DNA from: Octopus sinensis
Taxonomy: Eukaryota
Direction of reading: 5' to 3'
NCBI RefSeq assembly: GCF_006345805.1
Contig: NC_043016.1
Coordinates: 9,114,001 to 9,178,000, forward strand
DNA length: 64,000 nt
Shown: positions 52,101-62,074 of the stretch, one piece after another
Layout of the letters: each line of letters starts with the position of its first letter
Position numbering within the stretch: the stretch's first letter is position 1
The notes under the pieces: model-generated
The model's input: only the letters and a program-made list of their open reading frames with translations
Database searches by the model: none
Told to the model about the DNA's origin: nothing
Program-made: the position numbers and the translations under genes

Positions 52101-54407
52101 TTGTGTATGCACACTGACATTACACATCCAGCAGATCATACTAGCTTCATTTCTTTCAAGCCTACGCATGTCCTCAGCATTCATGGCAGTTCATACACAT
52201 GCATCATACAGTCTACCTTTCATCCTGAGCAAGAGGCTCATAGTTGCCAGCAGAGATAGGAGCTACCTGAACTTTGCCCAGGCTTTTCTTATTCTAGCCA
52301 CCACACCGTCAGAGCAACCACCACCACTACAGACTTGGTCGCCTAGGTAACAGAAGCTATTAACTACTTCTAGTTTCTTCCCCTAGCATTTGATGGAATC
52401 TGTTTTCTCTACATATTCAGTGCTTGTTGCCCCAGTGCATCTGCTATACACAAAAACTATTTTCCCAGTTAACCTTCCTTTGATATTGCTGCACCTTTTA
52501 TGTGTCCATAGCTTCTACCAGATACGTTGTATGGAGTTTCTACCCACGCCTTTTCTACAGATCAAACAGGGCCATCTACTTGAAGGGGGTTGTGATTTGA
52601 CAACCTTCCTACTTACTATGACTTTGGTTTTGTCTAGGTTAACCCTAAGGCCCTTCGATTCTAGACCTTGCTTCCACACCCTAAACTTCATTTCCAGTTC
52701 TGGCAGTGACTTGGCTATTTGAGTAAGCTCCTCAGCAAAGAGGAGCTTCCAGGGGCAGCCTGTCTTGAATTCTTCTGTTATTGCCTGGAGGACTATAATG
52801 AATAAGAGGTGGGTGAGAACTGATCCTTGGTGAACCCCAATTTCTACTTGGAATTCTTCACTATACTCGTTGCCCACCCTCACTTTACTGTCAGCATCCC
52901 TCTACAAAGCTTGTACAGCTCTTACCAGCCACTCATCTATCCCAAGTGTCTGCATTGGCCACCAGATAAGGGACTGGGGCACCAAAGGCTTTCTCCAAGT
53001 CAACAAAAGCCAAATACAAAGGTTTATTTTTGGCTAGGTATTTCTCCTGCAGCTGCCTTACCAGAAATATAGCATCAGTGGTGCTTCTGCCTGGCACAAA
53101 ACTGAGCTGCATCTCATCTAGGCTAACACTCTCCCTAATTAGTTGGGCTATGACCCTCTCTGTAACTTTCATCACCTGATCCGATAATTTGATACCCCTG
53201 TAGTTATTTCTATCTAAAGAATCACCTTTATCTTTGTAGCAGTTGACTATGGTGCTGCTACACCAGTCATTGGGTATGACTCCTTCATGAAGTACCTGAT
53301 TTACAATGCGGTGACAAGACCATAACTCACACTGTCCGATATTTTAAGTATCTCGGCAGTGATTCCTGATGGGCCAGGTGCTTTCCCTGTCTTCATATCC
53401 TTAATTGCTTTATCTACCTGGGTACTCTCAATTCAGAAAGCTGGTCCCTCAGTTGGGTCAACCTTTGGCAGACTCTCCTCCTCCCATTCATTCTCCACAT
53501 TCAGCAGTCTTTCATAATGGCACCTCCAAGCCTCTTTCTTTGCAGAATCATTGAATGCAAGGGCACCATCATCCATGCAGACACATTTCTCTCCTATGAC
53601 ATCATGGTTTTCTCTCACACACTGTCTTGCAATCCAAAATACTTCAGTTCTTTGTTCCTCACGTCACTGAACATTGGCAAACTTCTTCTTTTCTGCTACT
53701 CCCTTGGCTATATATAACTGTCTCTTAGCTTCCCTTTTGACTATCTGATACATTCTCCTGCAACCCCCTCTCTTCCAAGCATTCCAGGCCTGTTTCTTTG
53801 CTCTAATGGCCCTGTCTACAGTATTGTTCCACCACCATGTTACTCTAGGTCTGGAAGGGACTTTGCACCAGCCACAGATTTGGTCTGTGGCACTCAACAA
53901 GCTGTCTCACAGGAATTCCCAGCTGTCTTCTATGTCACAGGACTGTAGCTCCTCCCTCTCATCAAATTTCTCGCTAAGGATATCCCTAAATCTTTGACCA
54001 TGTGAAGGGTTCCTAAGCTTCCAAGTCCTTCTTTTCCAGATTGGTCTGGTTTTAGGCATCTTTCTGGCCTCAAGTCTAAAGTCACTAATAACCAGTCTAT
54101 GTTGGGAGGTACATTCTTCACCAGGGAGGGTCTTTGTATTTAAGAGCAACCATGCATCCCACTGTCTGGTGAGAATGAAATCATCCGGCTAGCGGAGTCA
54201 CCTGATTGATATATATATATATATATTTACATTAATATCAAACAGTGAGAATGGGACATTCATCTCCATGTTGTAGATGAACATCCCATGGGACAGACTT
54301 GAATAATAATTGAGAGATATCTCTCTCACCATGAAACCAGCGGTAGTCTAGTTAACCCATGAATAAAGAAAAAGTACTATCTATCTACCTACGTACCTAT
54401 CTATCTA

Positions 54408-54468
<61 letters not shown>

Positions 54469-55148
54469 TCTTACTCTCTTTACTCTTTTACTTGTTTCAG
54501 TCATTTGACTGCGGCCATGCTGGAGCACCGCCTTTTTAGTCAAGCAAATCGACCCTGGGACTTATTCTTTGTAAGCCCAGTACTTATTCTATCGGTCTCT
54601 TTTGCCGAACCGCTAAGTGATGGGGACGTAAACACACCAGCATCGGTTGTCAAGCAATGCTACGGGGCAAACACACACACACACATACACATATATACAT
54701 ATATACGACAGGCTTCTTTCAGTTTCCGTCTACCAAATCCACTCACAAGGCATTGGTCGGCCCGGGGCTATAGCAGAAGACACTTGCCCAAGATGCCACG
54801 CAGTGGGACTGAACCCGGAACCATGTGGTTGGTTAGCAAGCTACTTACCACACAGCCACTCCTACATATATATATATGTGTGTGTGTGTAAATATATATA
54901 TATATGTAAATATATGTTATGTATATAATGATATTCATGTTGTAATTTTCTATTTCTTTCTCTCTCTGCAGGAGCAACTGACCTGTCCGTCCTGCAAGGT
55001 CAAGCGTAAGGATGCTGTGCTGACCAAGTGCTTCCATGTGTTTTGCCTAGAATGTCTAAAGACGCGCTATGAGACTCGCCAGCGTAAATGCCCCAAGTGC
55101 AATGCTGGGTTCGGTGCCAACGATTACCATCGATTATATCTCACTTAA
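12031..55148 (+). CDS. Bre1: E3 ubiquitin-protein ligase Bre1 (RNF20/RNF40 orthologue), 18 coding exons, 1003 aa
   Basis: Exons joined by GT-AG junctions keep frame throughout (3012 nt including stop). Recognisable motifs: [72 protein letters not shown] and the [23 protein letters not shown]. Confidence 0.97.
12172..12480 (-). mobile_element. Mariner transposase 3' relic
   Basis: Minus strand reads [24 protein letters not shown] with a frameshift, followed by a TIR-like end. Confidence 0.7.
14455..14736 (-). mobile_element. tRNA(Arg)-like SINE with a V-domain-like body and 12-bp target site duplication
   Basis: TSD aaggaatatagt at 14443-14454 and 14737-14748; B box ggttcgaatc; gcgacggactggcgtcccgtccagg. 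Confidence 0.8.
15050..15270 (+). mobile_element. piggyBac-like MITE (TTAA TSD, CCCTTTCG termini)
   Basis: TTAA|CCCTTTCGTTACC ... GGTATCGAAAGGG|TTAA. Confidence 0.85.
15617..15833 (+). mobile_element. SINE family C with a perfect 18-bp TSD (others at 21719-21928, 33631-33928, 37013-37229, 38158-38386, 46608-46825 minus, 59457-59689)
   Basis: TSD taggtaagtgcattggag at 15599-15616 and 15834-15851; body gagttcaaattccgcc...ctttgcctttcatcctttcgg...taagtaccag. Confidence 0.88.
17135..17302 (+). CDS. Bre1: Bre1 coding exon 2 ([15 protein letters not shown]...NRYWNQ)
   Basis: Polypyrimidine tract plus acag, donor GTTAGT, 56 codons, conserved Bre1 N-terminus. Confidence 0.95.
17733..18130 (+). mobile_element. 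Family A SINE, full length (others at 25441-25757, 27418-27848, 43411-43795 minus, 54467-54863 minus, 59880-60100 minus)
   Basis: Same head, CORE-like segment, microsatellite and tail modules. Confidence 0.88.
19416..19479 (+). CDS. Bre1: Bre1 coding exon 3 ([21 protein letters not shown])
   Basis: tttcag acceptor, donor GTTAGT, 64 nt, phase 1; not in the ORF track. Confidence 0.92.
19614..19961 (+). mobile_element. Non-autonomous Helitron, copy 2
   Basis: A|TCTCTCTATATATAAA ... GTGCTAG|T. Confidence 0.85.
21950..22279 (+). CDS. Bre1: Bre1 coding exon 4 ([16 protein letters not shown]...polyP...KKPKLEP)
   Basis: tatag acceptor, donor GTATGG, phase 1 to 1. Confidence 0.9.
23902..24206. repeat. 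Foldback inverted repeat with about 133-bp arms and a 39-bp spacer
   Basis: Arms 23902-24034 and 24074-24206 are complementary with scattered mismatches. Confidence 0.9.
24322..24720 (-). repeat. RTE tail copy carrying a 63-bp tandem array (3 full units and 1 partial)
   Basis: atgtgccaccga recurs at 24488, 24551, 24614 and 24690. Confidence 0.9.
25832..26130 (+). CDS. Bre1: Bre1 coding exon 5 (DATGTTRG...[11 protein letters not shown])
   Basis: ttacag acceptor, donor GTTTGT, phase 1 to 0. Confidence 0.88.
27163..27381 (+). CDS. Bre1: Bre1 coding exon 6 (ASELQD...GVSKNK)
   Basis: ttttag acceptor, donor GTGAGG, 73 codons. Confidence 0.93.
28232..28410. mobile_element. Head-to-head pair of short tRNA-derived SINEs
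   Basis: Both copies read gtggttaagagtgcgggctactaac...gtgacctgaataataat outward from the central palindrome atgcccatgggcat. Confidence 0.9.
29384..29509 (+). CDS. Bre1: Bre1 coding exon 7 ([15 protein letters not shown]...QLRMD)
   Basis: cag acceptor with an upstream CTAAC branch-like motif, donor GTAAGT, 42 codons. Confidence 0.93.
31243..31416 (+). CDS. Bre1: Bre1 coding exon 8 ([29 protein letters not shown]...IEQME)
   Basis: ttttag acceptor, donor GTAAGA, 58 codons. Confidence 0.95.
32790..32925 (+). CDS. Bre1: Bre1 coding exon 9 ([10 protein letters not shown]...AANEQT)
   Basis: ctctag acceptor, donor GTAAGT, phase 1. Confidence 0.95.
35685..35806 (+). CDS. Bre1: Bre1 coding exon 10 ([18 protein letters not shown]...AELSK)
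   Basis: tgcag acceptor, donor GTAAGA, phase 1 to 0. Confidence 0.95.
36740..38050 (+). mobile_element. Heavily decayed RTE LINE 5' part (endonuclease), interrupted by a SINE
   Basis: Remnant peptides [22 protein letters not shown] and [24 protein letters not shown] match RTE APE motifs, with many stops. Confidence 0.6.
39157..39395 (+). CDS. Bre1: Bre1 coding exon 11 (LKSEGAAQ...[11 protein letters not shown])
   Basis: ctctag acceptor, donor GTGAGT, phase 2. Confidence 0.9.
39805..40310 (-). mobile_element. LINE 3' fragment (RTE-like C-terminus)
   Basis: [20 protein letters not shown]...QFAGHC...AMMDREVWR followed by a tgatgacga tail. Confidence 0.85.
40775..40862 (+). CDS. Bre1: Bre1 coding exon 12 ([17 protein letters not shown]...RDKVQ)
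   Basis: attag acceptor, donor GTAAAA, phase 2 to 0; not in the ORF track. Confidence 0.93.
40927..41199. mobile_element. hAT-like MITE relic
   Basis: cactggttctcaac ... ggttgagaaactg termini; no TSD seen. Confidence 0.45.
41216..41569 (-). mobile_element. Non-autonomous Helitron, copy 3
   Basis: Reverse complement of copies 1 and 2 with the same termini. Confidence 0.85.
42406..42840. repeat. Inverted-repeat element with about 95-bp arms and an about 240-bp interior
   Basis: tattacagttaataagaggaatgaccactaaagtggattcc... versus ...ggaatccactttagtggtcattcctcttattaattgtaata. Confidence 0.85.
43129..43362. mobile_element. Mariner-derived MITE
   Basis: About 30-bp TIR (aaagttcttgg(c/t)tttagg); minus strand [20 protein letters not shown] resembles a mariner C-terminus. 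Confidence 0.7.
43860..44042 (+). CDS. Bre1: Bre1 coding exon 13 ([11 protein letters not shown]...LAAQKQ)
   Basis: ttgcag acceptor, donor GTCAGA, 61 codons. Confidence 0.94.
44264..44487. repeat. Foldback with about 97-bp arms and a 30-bp spacer
   Basis: Arms 44264-44360 and 44391-44487 are complementary. Confidence 0.9.
44557..44814. repeat. Foldback with a deletion in the left arm
   Basis: acaattgc..gccatttaagttt..gcgacctgtt versus aacaagtcgc..aaacttaaat[33 nt]ttaaatggc..gcaattgt. Confidence 0.85.
45600..45728 (+). CDS. Bre1: Bre1 coding exon 14 ([23 protein letters not shown]...FKLMSE)
   Basis: tgtag acceptor, donor GTTGGT, 43 codons. Confidence 0.95.
45761..46105 (+). mobile_element. 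CR1/L2-type LINE 3' end
   Basis: [14 protein letters not shown]...[15 protein letters not shown]...AASNSL followed by a 3' UTR and a (tttaagga)2 tail. Confidence 0.8.
46870..47212. repeat. Degenerate minisatellite, about 13 units of about 26 nt
   Basis: Consensus approximately gtgctttttatgtggcactggcacag. Confidence 0.8.
47965..48137 (+). CDS. Bre1: Bre1 coding exon 15 ([11 protein letters not shown]...VEKEL)
   Basis: ttgcag acceptor, donor GTATGT, phase 2. Confidence 0.95.
49272..49327 (+). ncRNA. Hammerhead-ribozyme-like motif (type I, Penelope-style palindromic stem III), variant core
   Basis: GUCU-CCGAUGA-C-[10-bp stem II]-UA-GAAAC-AGCU-GUA-AGAU. Confidence 0.6.
50147..50324 (+). CDS. 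Bre1: Bre1 coding exon 16 ([14 protein letters not shown]...FKRMQ)
   Basis: tttcag acceptor, donor GTAAGC, phase 2 to 0. Confidence 0.95.
50635..50736 (+). CDS. Bre1: Bre1 coding exon 17 ([10 protein letters not shown]...EEIKEYK)
   Basis: ttgcag acceptor, donor GTAAGT, 34 codons. Confidence 0.95.
51308..54205 (-). mobile_element. Decayed 2.9-kb RTE LINE (end of endonuclease, RT, C-terminus, modular 3' UTR) in the last intron
   Basis: Fragments [57 protein letters not shown] and WDEVVKHDL; frameshifts; YADD degenerated to FAEE. Confidence 0.93.
54972..55148 (+). CDS. Bre1: Bre1 coding exon 18, C3HC4 RING finger and TAA stop
   Basis: ctctgcag acceptor; [58 protein letters not shown]. Confidence 0.97.
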   Translation, partial: EQLTCPSCKVKRKDAVLTKCFHVFCLECLKTRYETRQRKCPKCNAGFGANDYHRLYLT

Positions 55149-55470
55149 AACAAACCTTCATATTTGGACAAGTGGAATTTTTAAATCGGGAGTAGATTGG
55201 AGTATTTCATTTTCCTCGGGGAAATTTTCATGTGTGTGTGTGTGTGTGTTTGCGCATGTGTTAGAATGAGTGAGTGTGTGCATGTGTGTGTATCATAGGC
55301 TGAGTTTTGGAATATAAAAGAATGTTATCATCACTACCAGTTACTCATTGCTACTTGTGAACTGTATGCAGTGAGTCGATTGTTTTTTTATGAAGCAGGG
55401 CAGTTTGTGTTTGACAGACTAAAATAATCTCATGTTTACTCCCACTCCCCTTTATCTAGATTATGGAGGT

Positions 55471-55510
<40 letters not shown>

Positions 55511-56375
55511 CTTGGGGAAACGTCCTTTTTTTTTTTTTTTTTTTTTTTGCAATATCCTCCTCCACTTGTAATTGGGTTTGCTTTTATAGCAAAGTGTTTG
55601 CTACAAACAACCATTACTGATTTGGTGGAAAATCATAAGAAATGTGGATGTTCTACCATCCGCGCGCCTCTCGACTCAGTGACGATCAATGTTTTATGTG
55701 TATGTTTCTCTTGTGTGTGCATATGTCTATATCTATATCTATGTATCTATCTATCTATGTATGTCTGTCTGTCTATCTATCTATTTATCTATATATATAT
55801 ATAACCCATACCACCATGGACAATGGACATGAAGTGATGATGATGATGATATATATATATATATATATTTATAGATAGATAGATAGACAGGTAGATTGAT
55901 ATATAGATATACTTGTATATTTATTTCTATGTTTGTGCATGTATATGCACATATATTTTTCTATATATATACACACACAAGTGTGTGTTTTTGTTTTAGT
56001 TCTTCCACTTTTTTTTGCAGTCTTTGTTATTATTTTACATATACATTTGTTGGCGCTAAATGTTTCTGATTTGTTTTTACTTTTGCTCCCGTTGGCATTC
56101 ACTGTTGCAATGCGTTTTCATAGCTCATGTGTTCATGTTTTTTTGTTTTTTTTTTGTTTCATACACCCCCATTTGCCAAGTTCTCTGTTCACAAGACATG
56201 TTTTCTGTGTTTGTAAACTCTTCTTATGCTTTCCATAAAGATTACTGTATGTCCACGACTAATCATGTTTTGTCAGTCCCTTATGAGAGAACTGTCATTT
56301 GTTGTCTTGTTGGCACAGACTACTACATGGTCTTTATTTAAATCATTGATCAATTCGCAAAATAGAAACCTTTTC

Positions 56376-56412
<37 letters not shown>

Positions 56413-56539
56413 TTTATTTTTTGATGTTACCACTGATATGCCCGATTTGTACCTAATTCAAATGTACCAAATTTCCCTTTGTGCATAAGCAGGGTACTTG
56501 GTTTCAGTTTTAAATCATTTCTCATGTTTTAATTCACAA

Positions 56540-56545
56540 AATAAA
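56540..56545 (+). terminator. Probable Bre1 polyadenylation signal AATAAA (3' UTR about 1.4 kb)
   Basis: First canonical AATAAA I found after the stop codon, followed by a GT/T-rich tract at about 56562-56610. Confidence 0.55.
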
Positions 56546-56918
56546 ATTCCTGCTGTACATCATATTTGTTGTATTTATATCTGAGCCTTTTTTTTTTTTC
56601 TTTGTTTCTTCATGGTTTAAGTCACAGGTCTTCTAAGGTGAGATCAATTGATTGCAAGGTCAATATTTGGTTGAACCTATGTAAATCAATATCTACAGCA
56701 ACAATGTGAATAGGAGGCAAATTCTAGTGGATTTGACATCTTGGAAATGAAGGATTAGTGTAGGTGGTTATGGTTTGAGGATTTGGTAACACTGTGTGTA
56801 ATTGTGCCAAATATAGGTGGTATGTAAAAGCTACTGCAGGGGAACAGATTTGTGTTGTAGTAGCAATGAATGGAGGAGGAGGAGACTGATTCTATGAGTT
56901 ACATTCTGTAGTGTGTAG

Positions 56919-57228
56919 GCGCCATCCAACTAAAATGCAAATATATGGGAAATTACCACCTGTGTCATCTCTTGTGAAGGGTAGGAGAGTCCAGTTTGCT
57001 GGACATTGTTGTAGAGCTGAAAAAGAAGTAATTTCTACTCTTCTCCTCTGGAAGCCATCTACTCGCAACACCAGAGGGCACACACTCTCCTACCCTGATG
57101 TAATCTCCAGGGATACAGGCATCCAGCAACAGGACCTCCGTAATGCTATGATGGACCGTGAAGTCTGGCGCAACATGGTAAATTCCATTGTCTCGACCAC
57201 GGTCGAACAATGATGAATGATGATGATG
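56919..57228 (+). mobile_element. Second copy of the same LINE 3' fragment
   Basis: Near-identical peptide [16 protein letters not shown]...DREVWR followed by a (tga)n tail. Confidence 0.85.
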
Positions 57229-57368
57229 TGTTACTTGTGAATTTTTTTGCCAATAGATCAATAATTAGAGCTGAAGTATTTTCTGCTGCCAAAGAAGAAA
57301 ATTAGTGATTAAGGTGTACTTTGAGAATGGTGTAGATTGGCAGTCACCAGGAAGCATCAATAGCAATT

Positions 57369-57882
57369 CATCATCATCATCATCATCATCATCATTTAAC
57401 GTCCGCTTTCCATGCTAGCATGGGTTGGACGGTTTGACCAGGGTCTGGGAAGCCAGGAGGCTGCACCAGGCTCGTCTGATCTGGCAGTGTTTCTACAGCT
57501 GGATGCCCTTCCTAATGCCAACCACTCCGTGAGTGTAGTGGGTGCTTTTTACGTGCCACCAGCACAGGGGCCAGAGGAAGCTGGCAAACTGCCACGATCA
57601 GTTGGTGCTTTTAACGTGTCACCGGCACGGGTATCTTAACTACAATTTCCATTTGATTTTCATTTTGATGTTGGTGTTAACGTACTTGACTCAGTAGGTC
57701 TCCTCAAGAATAGCGGGTCACTCTATGCTCCAAGGTTAGCACAGCAGGCCGTCCTGCGAGCCATGGACTCACTTCATTTGTCAGGTCTTCATAGTCACTG
57801 CATATCTCCAGAGGTCTTGGTCTTTTGTCATAGCCTCTGTGAGACTCAACGTACGAAGGTCATGCTTGACCACCTCGTCCCA
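57369..57882 (-). mobile_element. RTE 3' fragment linking the ORF end ([18 protein letters not shown]) to the abundant tail repeat
   Basis: ORF remnant, 3' UTR and (atg)n tail are contiguous. Confidence 0.88.
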
Positions 57883-58718
57883 TTTAAAAATAAACAATTT
57901 AAATAAACAATCAGATTGAAATCTCAAAGCTACAAGACATTGCCTGATTAATTCAAAGCAATATGAATAAATAAGCATTGCATTTGACAGAGTAAAGTAA
58001 GAAGGCACATGTCAGGGCAAGGTTGTTTATGGAAGGCTAGGAGTTACCCATGCATACCAGCCTCCCCACTCCATACCCCAATGTTATCCAAGGAAAAGGC
58101 AAAGGCTGATACAGCTTGGTACCAGTGACGTCGCAACCCATTTCTACAGTTGAGCGAACTGGAGAAACATGCTCAAGAACACAACACACAGCTCCATCCA
58201 GGAATCGAACTCACTACCTCATGATTGTGAGCTCAACACTCCAACCACTGAACCATGTGCCTTCACATTTGTCTGAGTAATCAGAATGCTAAAGAGTTAA
58301 AGACCTAGCTACTGTTTTTATCATTAAAACTCAACTCTACCACACACCACAGTGATGATGTTGCTGTGTGGTCACTTGAATTGCTAGAAATAACAATCAA
58401 AACTTCTTCATGGCTACTTGAATTATCAAAGGACTAATTTATCCAGTGTGTACTTGAAATTTTTAAGATATTACAATGTGATTTGTACTTTTACTATTTC
58501 CATTGGGTCATCCACAAAGTTTTGAGTGTTTTTGGAGGATGGAACCAAATTTTATTTCCAATGCAATAATTTCTGTTCATCAAAATACCCTCCTGATTTT
58601 CTTCATGAATTTAGTCCATCTTTTCAACAGCTTCAAAATTTCTTTCCACATAGAACTGCTCTGTCTTGGAAAAAAAGAATGTACCCAGATGGTTTTTGAG
58701 TGAATTGAAACCATTTAA

Positions 58719-58941
58719 CCCTTTCGTTACCAGCCCAGCTGAAACCGGCTTTGGCTCTGAGTACAAATGTCTTCTTTTCATAAGTTTTGAATTAAAATCT
58801 TCCACTAAACCTTAGTCACAATTTATGTTCCTAACACCAGCTTAATGATAACAAAGTTACTTTACTAAATTCTTTGTTCTCTATTTAAAATTAATTGAAA
58901 GAAACACAGAGCATCTCAACAGAAATACGGTAACGAAAGGG
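58719..58941 (-). mobile_element. piggyBac-like MITE with a perfect 12-bp TIR
   Basis: TTAA|CCCTTTCGTTAC ... GTAACGAAAGGG|TTAA. Confidence 0.88.
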
Positions 58942-58972
58942 TTAAAATATATAATAGAGAAACAATTCTTAA

Positions 58973-59186
58973 CTCTTTTGATACTAACCTGGCTGAAACT
59001 GGCTCTGAGTACAAATGTCTTGTTTCTATAAGTTTTGAATTAAAATCTTCCACCAAACCTTAGTCGCAATTTATGTTCCTAACACTAGCTTAATGATAAC
59101 GAAGTTATTTTACTAAATTCTTTGTTATATTTAAAGTAATTGAAAGAAACATGAAGCATCTCAAAATAAATACAGTAACGAAAGGG
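58973..59186 (-). mobile_element. piggyBac-like MITE, adjacent copy
   Basis: TTAA on both flanks; homologous to 58719-58941. Confidence 0.85.
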
Positions 59187-59229
59187 TTAATAGTTTCCTG
59201 TTCCTGGAATTTTGGAGAAATCTTAACAA

Positions 59230-59835
59230 ATGAATGTCAGGTAGTGCAATGTTACGAGAGTATGATGCATGTGGTGAAAAATACCAGCCAAACTCCTACA
59301 ACTTTGTGTGAGTAATCGAAAGCACAAGCAGCCTTCATTAAACATAACCCTTATCCAGTTGACTACTTTTGGCCTCATCTGGTGAATTTTTGTTTTTTGA
59401 TTCATTTTCTCCAGATGATGCTTATATATTTCAGAATTGATTGTTTAAATTTATAAAGCGGCGAGCTGGCAGAAACGTTAGCACGCCGGGTGGAATGCCT
59501 AGCGGTATTTCGTCTGCCGCTACGTTCTGAGTTCAAATTCCGCCGAGGTCAACTTTGCCTTTCATATCCTTTCCGGGTCGATTAAATTAGTACCAGTTAC
59601 GCACTGGGGTCAATGTAATCGACTTAATATGTTTGTCTGTCCTTGTTTGTCCCCTCTGTGTGTGGCCCCTTGTGGGTAGTAAAGAAATAAGAATTGATTG
59701 TCTAAGCAGGAGTATAATAAATAATGTCTTTTTGAAATCCCACCAGACACAAAGCATAATCTTTTTCATGAATATTTCGCTTTGGTAACTGTTTAACTAC
59801 AGAAAGCTCAGAACCATTTCCACACTATCCTTGAC
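59230..59835 (-). mobile_element. Mariner transposase relic interrupted by a family C SINE (16-bp TSD with one mismatch)
   Basis: KKIMLCVWWDF motif; TSD agaattgattgt(t/c)taa at 59433-59448 and 59690-59705. Confidence 0.65.
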
Positions 59836-60820
59836 AATCCATTTAAGATCTCATCATCATCATCATTTAACATCCACTTTCCATGCAAGCGATGTTGGGG
59901 GGACAAACACAGACACACAAACATATACACACACACATATATATATATACGATGGGCTTCTTTCAGTTTCCATCTACCAAATCCACTCCCAAGGCTTTGC
60001 TCGGCCCAAGGCAATAGTAGAAGACACTTGCCCCAGTGGGACTGAACCCAAAACCATGTGGTTGGTAAGCAAGCTATTTACCATACAGCCACTCCTATGC
60101 CTATTAGCTGGTTAAATGGCCAATATAAAGTCTCCCTAAATTGAGATGTCTTTGGTGAGACAAGACTAAAGGGATCTCTGAACTCAATTTTTCTTCTGTT
60201 CCTTCACTAAACACTCTAGAGAGTTGTGGTGAGGATTGGGGTGTTTTTGTCAAGGCACCAGCATGGGTAGGGGACGTTTTATACACTCTCACTCAAGATA
60301 ATGTGACAAAGAAATACAAATTATCAACAAAGACAATCATCAAATCTCAAAAGATTCTTAACAAAGGTAAGATTCATATTAGAAGAAATAATTCAGGTAA
60401 CAAACTGCAGACACCCTTGTGGAATGTATGACATAAATCAAACAGGGAATAACCAAAAGATTCAAGAATGGGAAGAAATTGAAGGTTAATGCAAACATGA
60501 ACTGCAAAACAAAAAAAATCTTGTGGTAAAGATTGTTTGCCAACATAACATGGCAGTCCTGGTTTAGAGCGAATGTTGCTGTAATTTAGCCCCAGGAGAC
60601 ATTGTCTCCAGCTGTCTATACGACATGATCTGTGTCCTTATATTTTTGAACAAAGGAATCTAGCACCCCCACTCAGCTCAAAACAATATCTGGGTATCAT
60701 GATTTCTGGTGTATTTCTCTTCATCGGCACATAATAATTCTTCGGCTAGAGGTGGCACTACCAAATTCCCGTTCGAAATATATAGTTTTCGAAGTGACAA
60801 CTAGTCACTGATTTATAAAT

Positions 60821-61145
60821 TAGAAAATTACTATTTTTAAATCTCACAATGTGAGATATTCAGCAACAGTACTTTGGAGTAAAAGTTGTTTGCCAACATA
60901 ACATGACAGTCCTGGTTTAGGACTAATGTTGGTGTAATTTAGCCCCAGGAGACATCGTCTCCAGCTGGCTATACAACACGATCTGTGTCCTTATATTTTG
61001 GAACAAAGGAATCTAGTACCCCCACACAGCTCAAAACAATATCTGTGTATTGCAATTTCCGGGTTATTTCCCATCATCAGCAACCTTTACTCCAAAGTAC
61101 TGTTGTTGAATATCTCATGTGAGATTCAAAAATAGTAATTTTCAA
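60821..61145. mobile_element. MITE with about 60-bp TIRs; partial direct copy at 60528-60730 and rearranged copy at 45230-45424
   Basis: gaaaattactattt...actttggagtaaa versus tttactccaaagt...aatagtaattttc. Confidence 0.8.
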
Positions 61146-61637
61146 AAAACATTCACATTTACTGCACCATTTGACCACTATACTAAGTAGGATCAAAATT
61201 AATACTGGGTAAGAGTACATAAATGACAAATCAAAGATTTATCGCTTAGAAATGTTGATGTAGTGAATTATTAAACATTTGTGCAAATGGAAAATTCAAA
61301 ATGTTTCTTTTTTTGTCAAAATAAAGGAAAAAAATTATCAACTACAAAAGTCAACAGAATACTTTATAAGGATTCCAAAATCTGAAACTAAACCAGAAAT
61401 AGTCAACACCACTGTTAAAAACATCTACATCTAAACAGATTACACCATAACGTGTTTGAAAAAGTTATATATTACAAAAATATCCTTCCATAAAATATGT
61501 GTCATTCTGTTATCTTTTTCAAGATGTTTTTTTTATATATAATTAATAATTTCTATTTTAAAAATATTCTTAAAATATTGTGACTGCATCAAGTAATTTT
61601 TCAAAAAAAAAATTCATATATACAGACACACACACAA

Positions 61638-61703
<66 letters not shown>

Positions 61704-61710
61704 ATATATT

Positions 61711-61815
61711 ATATACCGATGATTAAGTAAATTGCAAAATAATAATAAAAACGTATGTATTTGGCAGAATAACGTTTTTATTATTATTTTGCAATTTACT
61801 TAAAAATCGGTATAT
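61711..61815. repeat. Short foldback with about 44-bp arms
   Basis: atataccgat..aagtaaattgcaaaataataataaaaacgt versus acgtttttattattattttgcaatttactt..atcggtatat. Confidence 0.85.
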
Positions 61816-62025
61816 TATTGTTATTTTAATTTTAATATTTCTTTTATATGTAATTTTCTAGATGGTATAATTTAATTGTTCATTTTGAATTGATAAAAGG
61901 TGTTTTTTTTCTAATTTTTATATATATATATATATATATTATATTTTGTGAAATTTGATTTAGTATTTCTAAATTGAATTTTTCCCTGTCAGTTAGGAAT
62001 AATATTCCCTCAAATAATTATCATA

Positions 62026-62074
<49 letters not shown>

